Translations under genes and position numbers: made by a program | Shown: positions 1-7,444 of the stretch, piece after piece | Position numbering within the stretch: position 1 is the first letter of the stretch | Layout: each line of letters begins with the position of its first letter | Assembly: GCA_947483555.1 (NCBI GenBank) | Contig: CANKMW010000015.1 | Span: 90,425 to 122,251, forward strand | Direction: 5' to 3' | Origin: Myxococcales bacterium | GTDB taxonomy: Bacteria > Myxococcota_A > Polyangia > Haliangiales > Haliangiaceae | Length of the DNA: 31,827 nt | The notes under the pieces: generated by a model | The model's database searches: none | The model's input: the letters and a program-made list of their open reading frames with translations, nothing else | Told to the model about the DNA's origin: nothing

Positions 1-1279
1 TCGACCAGGGCCTCGAGGCTGCGCGCGATCTGCGCCGCGCGCTCGGCGGCCTCCTCCTTCGAGAGCTGGCGCTCGACGATCGCGCGCTCGCGCAACGCCG
101 GATCTTCGGCGGGTCGCGCCGCCCGCTCGTCGCGGCGGGTCGCGGCCTCGCGCTCGCGCGCCGCGCGCTTCTCGTCGTCGGGGCCGCCGGCTTGCGCCCG
201 CATGGCCGCCATCGCGGCGACGTTGATGACGTCGCCATCATCGTCGCGTCCGCGGTCACGGTCACGGTCGCGGCTGCGTTCGGCGCGTTCGCCGCGCTCG
301 CGAGCCTTGGCCTCGAAGGCGTTGGCGGCGTCGCGGCGCGCGGCGGCGGCGGTCGCGGCCGGCCGGCCATGGACCTGCTGCTCGGCCGCCTCACGGCGGG
401 CGTGGTAGCGGGCCACCGCGCGGGAGAAGCGCTCGTCGACGGCGATCTCCTCGGCGTCACCGGCGTCGTCCAGGCGCGCCCAGGCGGCCTCGGACTGCTG
501 CACCGTGGCCAGCGAGACTTGCCATTCGAACACCTCGGCCAGCCCCTCGACCTCGCGCAGCAGCTGAGACTTCTCGGCGCGCCGGCGCCGGACGTCATCG
601 GACTCGCGCGGCTTCTTGGCCTCGGCCGCCTCGACGAGGTCGTCGACCTTCTTGCGGGCCCGCTGTTTCACGGCCTTGTTCTTGGCCTTCTGGGCCACCT
701 GCTCGAGCAGGTCGCGAGCCGTGAGGCGATCGACGGCGAGCAGCCCGAGCTCTTTCACCGTGGTATCGACGGCCAGCGCCCGCAGCACCTCGGCGTCGTC
801 GATGCGCGCGACCGCGGTCTGCCGGATCTCGGGCGAGCTGGTCGCCCGCGCCAGCTCGGCGAGCGCCCTGGCATCGCGCAGCTCGTCCAGGGCCTGCTGC
901 CGCACGCCGCGCACCGCGGCGCGACTGGCGACCTCGGCGAGGGCGCGCTGGTCATTGAGCTTGAGCAGACCTGCCAGCGCGACCTCGGCGAGGGCCTCGT
1001 CGTCGTCCTGGCACGCGCTCGTGACCCAGATCTCGGCGGCCCGCGAGCCGGCCAGTCCGCGCAGCACGCCGTCGGCGTCGCGGGTCGCGATCTCGGCCAG
1101 CACCTCGACCTCGTCGAGCTTCTCGATGGCGACCCGGCGGACGCCGGCATCCTTGTCGGTGCGGGCGACGGTGGCGAGGACGCCGGCTTCGTCGGAGGTC
1201 AGGGCGCGCACGGCGTCGAGGCGAACGCGAACGTCACTGTGGCGATACTTGGGACGGAACAGGTCGACGATGCCCATGA
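1..1279 (-). CDS. HEAT/PBS-lyase-like repeat protein with coiled-coil, Arg/Glu-rich C-terminal half (possibly DUF349-like); C-terminus lies beyond the window start
   Basis: Minus-strand frame is open from ATG (1279..1277, MGIVDLFRPKY...) to position 1 with strong GC3 bias. The N-terminal half is repeated helical units (VRRVAIEKLDEVEVLAEIA...DEALAEVALAGLL...) typical of HEAT_2/PBS-lyase repeats. The later part is charged coiled-coil (KKVDDLVEAAEAKKPRE..., RFSRAVARYHARREAAEQQ). The six-frame track misses it because no stop lies in the window. The long plus-strand ORF 192..1751 is its antisense. Confidence 0.6.
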
Positions 1280-1621
1280 GTTGTTCTCCAGCCAGGTGGA
1301 GCGACGTGCTCCACGGAATCTCGCGAATCTATGGGACCTGACGGCCCACGACAAGCTCCGTTGGCGACCCGGCTCCACAAGCCCAACTGCCCTGGATCGT
1401 TGGCCCTCGCGTGTTGGCGTTCACACAGGCCTGACCACCGCCGGTTCTTGCGACGGTGGTGTCGCGGTGTACGCCAGCTGCACACGGAGGACCGCGACGA
1501 CGACGCGCCAAGTCCGCGGTACGAATCAGGCCAGCGCCTGGCCCGCGCACTGCAACAATCCGGTCACCAACAGATGCCGTCCATGCGTATGGTTCTCGAG
1601 TCGGTGGGGCACCCACCGAGT

Positions 1622-2299
1622 GTGCCCCGCCGCTCCCATGTGCTCGCCCTGCTGTCCGTGGCCGCGTTCCTGGCCGCGTGCGCCGCGGACGACGCGCCGC
1701 CCGGCGAGTGCGAGGTCAGCGGTCGCTACCTGCCGTTGCGACCGGGCCTGAGCTGGACCTATCGCGTCTCGGACAGCGCCGGCGTCACCGAGAAGACGCA
1801 GACCGTCGGCGCGCTCGAGGACGTCGGCGGGACCAAGGCCGGCACGATGGCGTATCGGCTGACGACGGTGAAGGCCGGCGGCACCGTGGTGAGCTGGCAG
1901 GAGGATCGCGGCGACTCGGTCCGCCGTCACAAGGAGCTCGACATGGCCGGCGGTTCGCAGACCACCGAGCTGTACGAGCCATCTCGGCTCCGCCTCGACG
2001 AGAGCGCCGCGCACCTGGTGGCGGGCGCGTCGTGGATGGAGAGCTACTCGGAGATCGTGACCGACGCGACCATGGTGACCACCACGACGGCCAAGACCGA
2101 GCAATGGCGGATCGAGATCGCCGAGGAGACGGTGATCGTGCCGGCCGGCACCTTCTGCGCCCTGCGCGTCGCCCGCACCAGCGCGACGGCCAGCGGCGGC
2201 GGCTCCGACAAGGCCTTCTGGTTCGTGCGCGGCCTCGGCAAGGTCAAGGAGGTCGGGACCAACCAGACCGAGGAGCTGATCAGCGTGACCGGGAACTAG
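1622..2299 (+). CDS. lipoprotein, hypothetical (225 aa)
   Basis: A GTG at 1622 gives the N-terminus MPRRSHVLALLSVAAFLAAC, a textbook lipoprotein signal with L-A-A-C lipobox. GGTGGGG sits 12 nt upstream. Codons upstream of 1622 in the 1331 ORF have poor GC3. Stop TAG 2297..2299 is one nucleotide before the next start. ATG 1574 is an alternative start. Confidence 0.6.
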   Translation: MPRRSHVLALLSVAAFLAACAADDAPPGECEVSGRYLPLRPGLSWTYRVSDSAGVTEKTQTVGALEDVGGTKAGTMAYRLTTVKAGGTVVSWQEDRGDSVRRHKELDMAGGSQTTELYEPSRLRLDESAAHLVAGASWMESYSEIVTDATMVTTTTAKTEQWRIEIAEETVIVPAGTFCALRVARTSATASGGGSDKAFWFVRGLGKVKEVGTNQTEELISVTGN

Positions 2300-2300
2300 G

Positions 2301-3089
2301 ATGAGTCGCGGCGCCCTGGCCGTCCGCGGCATCGAACCGATCGACGTCGAGTCGGCGCTGGTCGGGTTCGTCGCCGCGACGCCCGAGTTGCTGGCGCGCC
2401 GGGAGCTCTTGCGCCGGGTCGACACCAAGTTCGCGGTCACCGTGGATCGCCTCCCGGCCATCGTCACCGCGCTCGCCCAGCACTATGCCGTGCTCCGGGT
2501 CCCGGCCGGCGACCTGGCGACCTATCGCAGCCTCTACTTCGACACCCCCGACCTGCGCTGCTTTCACGACCATCGCCGCGGTCGCCGGGTTCGCCACAAG
2601 ATCCGGATCCGGCACTACCCGGACCGCGCGCTCACGTTCCTGGAGATCAAGACCAAGCGCAACGAGATGGTCACCGACAAGCACCGCCTGGCCCTCGGCT
2701 ACGGCCTCGAGGAGCTGGGGGCGCGCGAGCGCGACTTCCTGCGCGCTCATTTCGGCCCCGACGTCGACGTGCTACAGCCCGAGCTGGTGATCGGGTTCCG
2801 TCGCCTCAGCCTGATCGGCGTCGCGACCAACGAGCGGGTCACGATCGATGTCGATCTGGCGGCCGTCAGCCTCGACGGCAACCGGGTGTCGTTCGGCGAT
2901 CTCGCCGTGATCGAGATCAAGCAGTCGCCGTTCTGCGTCCGCACGCCCGTGATGCGGGCGGTGCTGGGCGCCGGGTTGCGCGAAGCATCGATGAGCAAGT
3001 ACACCACGGCGATCGCGGTCACCCGACCGGGACAGCGCCACAACCGTCTGCTGCCCGATCTGCGCGCGATCGCAAGGAAGTCCACGTGA
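2301..3089 (+). CDS. VTC-domain protein (polyphosphate-polymerase/CYTH-like triphosphate tunnel domain, PF09359-like)
   Basis: 262-aa ORF with motifs RRVDTKF, YRSLYFDT, RRVRHKIRIRHY, LEIKTKRNE and VIEIKQS, characteristic of bacterial VTC domains. Coding-type GC3. ATG 2301 lies 1 nt after the upstream stop. Confidence 0.7.
   Translation: MSRGALAVRGIEPIDVESALVGFVAATPELLARRELLRRVDTKFAVTVDRLPAIVTALAQHYAVLRVPAGDLATYRSLYFDTPDLRCFHDHRRGRRVRHKIRIRHYPDRALTFLEIKTKRNEMVTDKHRLALGYGLEELGARERDFLRAHFGPDVDVLQPELVIGFRRLSLIGVATNERVTIDVDLAAVSLDGNRVSFGDLAVIEIKQSPFCVRTPVMRAVLGAGLREASMSKYTTAIAVTRPGQRHNRLLPDLRAIARKST
3074..3080 (+). promoter_or_regulatory. Shine-Dalgarno AAGGAAG inside the 3' end of the VTC gene, 5 nt upstream of the GTG start at 3086
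   Basis: The AAGGAAG motif is visible in the sequence. The GTG start (3086..3088) overlaps the TGA stop (3087..3089) as GTGA, indicating translational coupling. Confidence 0.5.
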
Positions 3090-3748
3090 ACCACGTCCGC
3101 CAGGCCCTGATCATCGTTGCCGGGCTCTCGATGCCCGGCGTCATCGTGGACGCGGCCGCCGAGTCGCAAGTCTGGACCGAGGTCGGCGTGCGTCACGACC
3201 TGAGCAAGCGGTTGACGCTGACCTTCGATCAGCACCTGCGGTTCGACGCCGACGTGTCGCGGGTCGGGTCATTCATGCCCGAGCCAGGCCTGGCGTATCG
3301 GGTCCAGCCGTGGCTGCGCGCCGGCGTCGGCTATCGCCTCGAGTACGAGCGTGACAACGGCGGTGACCTGGTGGCGCGGCATCGGCTGTTCGGGTGGGGC
3401 CGGGTGCGGCGCGACGTCTCCGACCTGCGGCTGGAGTACCGGTTGCAGCTGCAGGAGCAGCGCCGTGCCGATGCCAACCCGGTCTACCGCCACACCGTGC
3501 GCAACCGCGGCGAGGTCTCGTTTCGTGGCCTGCGGCCGGTGGTGCCGGCAGCGTCGGTGGAATTGCACCACGTCCTCGGAGAGGACGGCAACACCGCCCA
3601 CCTCGGCAAGATGTGGCTGACGGTCGGTCTCGAATACGGACGCGGCGACCTGGCGTTCGATGCCTTCTATCGGGCCGAGGTGGCGCAGCACGACCCTGGC
3701 GATCCGACCGTGCACATCCTCGGTGTCGGCGTCCACTACGAGCTCTGA
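3086..3748 (+). CDS. exported beta-strand-rich protein, possible outer-membrane beta-barrel (DUF2490-like?), 220 aa
   Basis: N-terminal signal peptide MNHVRQALIIVAGLSMPGVIVDAAAE. Alternating hydrophobic pattern throughout (LRLEYRLQLQ, VSFRGLRP, HILGVGVHYEL). GTGA start/stop overlap with the upstream VTC gene. Confidence 0.6.
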   Translation: MNHVRQALIIVAGLSMPGVIVDAAAESQVWTEVGVRHDLSKRLTLTFDQHLRFDADVSRVGSFMPEPGLAYRVQPWLRAGVGYRLEYERDNGGDLVARHRLFGWGRVRRDVSDLRLEYRLQLQEQRRADANPVYRHTVRNRGEVSFRGLRPVVPAASVELHHVLGEDGNTAHLGKMWLTVGLEYGRGDLAFDAFYRAEVAQHDPGDPTVHILGVGVHYEL

Positions 3749-3756
3749 CTCCTGAG

Positions 3757-4698
3757 CTAGCTGGCCGCGAAGGCTTGCTGGGCGCCGTCGAGGCCGCCAT
3801 GAGTGGCCAGGTAGGTGGCGGTCGTCGGTGCCAGGGTCGCCAGGCGACGCAGGCCGGCGCGGCCGTGCTCGGTGGCGACCCAGCGTTCGAAGAAGTAGGG
3901 CGCGCGCCGGTCGAGGCCGCCGGCCGGCGCGGCGGCGACCGCGGCGGCGAGCTCGTCGATGCCGGCGCCGGTGAGCGCGCTGGTGCGGAAGATCGGCCGA
4001 TCGCCGGCGCCAGGCGCGGCCAGGCGCAGGCTGGCCGACAGCGTGTGATAGGTCGCCGACGCCGCCGGGTCGAGGTCGCCCTTGCTGACCACGAAGGCGT
4101 CCGGCACCTCCATGATGCCGGCCTTCATGAACTGCACGTGATCGCCGCCGTGTGGCTGAAGGACCAGGAACGTGCGGTCGGCGAGCCGCACCACCTCGAC
4201 CTCGCCCTGACCGACGCCGACGGTCTCGACGATCACGGTCGTGAACAGTCGCACCAGCACCCGGCAGGCCTGGTGGGTGGCGCGGGCCACGCCGCCCAGC
4301 TCGGCGGCCGACGCCTGGCTGCGGAAGTACAGCCGTGGCTCGTCGTGCGGGAAGCGGACCCGCGTGCGATCGCCGAGCAGCGCCCCACCGGTCAGCGGGC
4401 TCGAGGGATCGACCGCGACCACGGCGACCCGCTGGGCCGGATCGGCGGCGATGATCCGGTTGGCGACCGCGCCGACCAGCGTCGACTTGCCGACGCCGGG
4501 CGCGCCGGTGATCCCGACCACCCGGCCGATCCCGAGCGCAGCTGCGGCGTCGAGCCGGGCCAGCGCGTCACGTCGCACCGCCGCGGCCTCGGGGCGGTCG
4601 TCCTCGAAGCGGGTGATCAACCGCGCGATCGCGCGCTTGTCGCCGGATCGCGCGGCGTCGATCAGCGTGGCGATCGCCGGCTCGCCGTCCTGGCTCAC
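3757..4698 (-). CDS. meaB: methylmalonyl-CoA mutase-associated G-protein chaperone MeaB/ArgK (313 aa)
   Basis: Walker A GITGAPGVGKST, then G-protein motifs (VDPSSPLTGGALLGDR, VETVGVGQ, SKGDL). The GTG start at 4698..4696 overlaps the mutase TGA stop (4697..4695) as GTGA. The upstream part of the 501-aa track ORF is Arg-rich antisense junk. Confidence 0.85.
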   Translation of the reverse strand: MSQDGEPAIATLIDAARSGDKRAIARLITRFEDDRPEAAAVRRDALARLDAAAALGIGRVVGITGAPGVGKSTLVGAVANRIIAADPAQRVAVVAVDPSSPLTGGALLGDRTRVRFPHDEPRLYFRSQASAAELGGVARATHQACRVLVRLFTTVIVETVGVGQGEVEVVRLADRTFLVLQPHGGDHVQFMKAGIMEVPDAFVVSKGDLDPAASATYHTLSASLRLAAPGAGDRPIFRTSALTGAGIDELAAAVAAAPAGGLDRRAPYFFERWVATEHGRAGLRRLATLAPTTATYLATHGGLDGAQQAFAAS

Positions 4699-6695
4699 CC
4701 GGGGCGTCCCTCGATCACGTCCATCATGCGCTCCATGACCTCGCCGAGCTCGTAGTCCGACGGCGTGAACACCTTGCGGACGCCGAGCGCCTCGAGGGCG
4801 GCGATGTCGCCCTTGGGAATGATGCCGCCCACCACCAGCGGGATGTCGGCGCCGCCGGCGGCGGCCAGCGCCTTCACCAGCTGCCGGGTCAGCTCGACGT
4901 GCGAGCCGCTCAAGATCGACGCGCCGATCAGATCGGCGTCCTCCTCGACCGCGCTGTGGGCGATCTCCTCGGGCGTGAGCCGGATGCCCGAGTAGACGAC
5001 GTCGAAGCCGGCGTGACGGGCCGCCACCGCGATCACCTCGGCGCCGTTGGAGTGGCCGTCGAGGCCGGGCTTGCCGACCACCAGCCGTGGGCGATGGCCG
5101 CGGGCGGCGGCGAAGGCTTCGATGCGAACCCGCAGGCGAGCCGCGCGGGTCTCGTCGAGCTCGAGCCGCTGGCCGGCGACCCCGGTCTGGGCTCGGTATT
5201 CGCCGAACACCGACCGCAGCGTATCGGCCCACTCGCCGGTCGTCACCCGCGCCAGCGCGCACTCGATCGAGGGCTCCATCATGCCGTCGCCCGAGCGCGC
5301 CGCCGCAGTCAGCGCGGCCAGCGCGTTCCGCACCCGGTCGGGGTCGCGCCGGTGGCGGGTCTCCTCGAGCCCGCGCAGCGCGTCGGCCACCGCGCTGTCG
5401 TCGGCCTTGAACACACCACCATCGTCACCACCGACCAGCGGCGAGGGCAGGGCGTCGGTCCACTTGTTGACGCCGACCACGACCTGCGCACCCGAGCCGA
5501 TCCGCGTCATGCGCTCGGCCATCGACTTGACCAGCGCGCCCTTCATGTAGCCGGAGTCGATCGCCGCCCGCACTCCGCCCATGGCCAGGATGCGCGCCAC
5601 CTCGGCCCGCGCGCCGTCGGCGATCTCGGCGGTCTTCGAGGCCACCACCGGGCTGCCCTCGAACAGGTCGGGGTAGTCGAGCAGGTCGGTCTCGAAGGCG
5701 AGGATCTGCTGCAGGCGCAAGGACCACTGCTGATCCCAGGGCCGCGGCAGGCTCATGGCCTCGTTCCAGGTCGGCAGCTGCAAGGCGCGGCAGCGCGCCT
5801 TGCGCGACAGCGTCACGCCCAGGGTCTCGAGCAGGATGCGCCATGCGTTGTTCTCGGGCTGCGCCTCGGTGAGCCCGAGCGAGTTGACCTGCACGCCATA
5901 GCGGAACAGGCGCAGCTTGGGGTCGGTCACCGCGTAGCGCTCGCGCGTGATCTCGTCCCACAGCTCCGCGAACGCGCGCATCTTGCACATCTCCTCGACG
6001 AACCGGATGCCGGCGTTGACGAAGAACGACAGCCGCCCCACGCAGCGCGCGACCGCGGCCTGATCGATGCGGCCGCGCTGCTGGATGAGATCGAGGATGC
6101 CGATCGCGTTGGCGAGCGCGAACGCCACCTCCTGCACTGGCTGCGCGCCGGCCTCCTGCAGGTGGTAGCTGCACACGTTCGACGGGTTCCACTCCGGGAT
6201 ACGATCGACGCAGTACTCGTAGGTCTCGGCGACCAGGCGCAGCGAGTGCTCGGGCGGGAAGATGTACGTGCCGCGGGCCAGGTACTCCTTGACGATGTCG
6301 TTCTGGGTGGTGCCGCGGAGCTGGGCCTCGGGCACGCCGCGCTCGCGGGCCAGCGCCACGTAGAGCGCGAGCAACCACATCGCGGTGCCGTTGATCGTCA
6401 TCGACGTGTTCATGCGCTCGAGGGGGATGCCCTCGAACAGCACGTGGAGGTCGTCGAGCGAGTTGATCGGCACCCCGACCTTGCCGACCTCGGGCAAGGC
6501 GATCGGGGCGTCCGACGAGTAGCCGCACTGGGTGGGCAGATCGAACGCGATCGACAGGCCGGTCTGTCCGCGTTCGAGGTTGGCGCGGTAGAGCGCGTTC
6601 GAGGCCCGCGGGCTCGAATGCCCGGCGTAGGTGCGAAAGATCCACGGCGCGTCGCGCACCACGTTGCCCTTGGCGTCGTTCAGCAGGTGCGACAT
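4695..6695 (-). CDS. B12-dependent acyl-CoA mutase (methylmalonyl-CoA mutase family), single chain with fused C-terminal cobalamin-binding domain, 666 aa
   Basis: N-terminal MSHLLNDAKGNVVRDAPWIFRTYAGHSS...GQTGLSIAFDLPTQCGYSSD matches the mutase catalytic-domain core. The C-terminal region has the DxHxxG B12-binding motif (GLDGHSNGAEV) and a Rossmann-like GGIIP segment. ATG at 6695. The rest of the 724-aa track ORF is an upstream extension with poor composition. Confidence 0.85.
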   Translation of the reverse strand: MSHLLNDAKGNVVRDAPWIFRTYAGHSSPRASNALYRANLERGQTGLSIAFDLPTQCGYSSDAPIALPEVGKVGVPINSLDDLHVLFEGIPLERMNTSMTINGTAMWLLALYVALARERGVPEAQLRGTTQNDIVKEYLARGTYIFPPEHSLRLVAETYEYCVDRIPEWNPSNVCSYHLQEAGAQPVQEVAFALANAIGILDLIQQRGRIDQAAVARCVGRLSFFVNAGIRFVEEMCKMRAFAELWDEITRERYAVTDPKLRLFRYGVQVNSLGLTEAQPENNAWRILLETLGVTLSRKARCRALQLPTWNEAMSLPRPWDQQWSLRLQQILAFETDLLDYPDLFEGSPVVASKTAEIADGARAEVARILAMGGVRAAIDSGYMKGALVKSMAERMTRIGSGAQVVVGVNKWTDALPSPLVGGDDGGVFKADDSAVADALRGLEETRHRRDPDRVRNALAALTAAARSGDGMMEPSIECALARVTTGEWADTLRSVFGEYRAQTGVAGQRLELDETRAARLRVRIEAFAAARGHRPRLVVGKPGLDGHSNGAEVIAVAARHAGFDVVYSGIRLTPEEIAHSAVEEDADLIGASILSGSHVELTRQLVKALAAAGGADIPLVVGGIIPKGDIAALEALGVRKVFTPSDYELGEVMERMMDVIEGRPG

Positions 6696-6816
6696 CGCCA
6701 CCACTATAAAGAGGTGACGCGCTGCGGCATAGCGCGATCGGGAAATGTGCAGATGAACCGGGTTTCGGTAACGACCCGAACCGAGATTACAAACGTGCGT
6801 CGTCCACACTCGGTCG

Positions 6817-7344
6817 ATGAAGAACCTGGGCCCTGTTCTGATCGCCATCGGTCTGCTCGCTCCGGCCACCGCCGCCGCCGGCGTGAACGTCGACTACGTC
6901 GCCCGCGCCGGCGACGACTCGACCGCGGAGCACGTCACGGTGGTGCGCTCGCGCAACGCGATCACCGGCTTCACGACCACGGTCTCGTACGAGAAGGGCG
7001 CGCTGCTCGACGAGCGCGAGGACGGATACACGGTCGAGCTCACCACCGGCTTCGGCTTCGTCCCGGCGTGGTCGTTCCTCGGCCTGCCGCGCTTCGCGGT
7101 CCTGTCGATCGACGCCGCGCAGATCGAGGCGATGGTCTACGTGCTCGATTGCGACCTCGAAGGCTTCTGTGATCAGGTCTCGGCCACGCCCGCCGAGGGA
7201 CGCCTGGAGGTGCGCTGGACGGCGACCGGCGCCACGACGCACGGACCCGGCCGCAACTTCGCGACCCCGGCCCACGCGTCTGGACTCGCCTTCGACGGCG
7301 AGCTCGACCTGGTCGGCGATCTGTCGGGCGCCGCCTGGCGCTGA
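6817..7344 (+). CDS. secreted hypothetical protein (175 aa)
   Basis: Signal peptide MKNLGPVLIAIGLLAPATAAAG, high GC3, no recognisable domain. Confidence 0.6.
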   Translation: MKNLGPVLIAIGLLAPATAAAGVNVDYVARAGDDSTAEHVTVVRSRNAITGFTTTVSYEKGALLDEREDGYTVELTTGFGFVPAWSFLGLPRFAVLSIDAAQIEAMVYVLDCDLEGFCDQVSATPAEGRLEVRWTATGATTHGPGRNFATPAHASGLAFDGELDLVGDLSGAAWR

Positions 7345-7387
7345 CGTCACTTTGCTGACCGCGGCACACGTCCCAGTGGTCCCCGGG

Positions 7388-7401
7388 GACCGCGTGCGCC
7401 A
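7388..7401. promoter_or_regulatory. perfect 14-bp palindrome GGTCCCCGGGGACC flanked by CACG/CGTG half-sites, in a 100-bp intergenic region
   Basis: The palindrome is visible in the sequence between the 6817..7344 gene stop and the 7445 start. It is a candidate operator or structured terminator/leader element. Confidence 0.35.
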
Positions 7402-7444
7402 AGTGTCGACGACCTGATGGCCGACGCTCGGCCCGGCGGTTGCG

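Noticed and set aside
1280-1621. tRNA or sRNA candidates in the 340-bp divergent intergenic region
   Set aside because: No cloverleaf-compatible segments and no T-loop GTTCRA motif were found. Only weak imperfect inverted repeats, which I judge non-significant.
192-1751. 519-aa plus-strand ORF with LG/DL-rich translation
   Set aside because: It is antisense to the real minus-strand HEAT-repeat gene (1..1279). Its residue pattern (runs of L, G, D, R, A) is the classic reverse-frame translation of a high-GC gene, and it ignores the clear lipoprotein start at 1622.
4899-7172. 757-aa plus ORF and 406-aa minus ORF (5425..6645) over the mutase locus
   Set aside because: Both are alternative-frame or antisense products of the well-supported mutase gene (4695..6695). 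Their translations are Arg/Gly/Pro-rich with no domain signatures.
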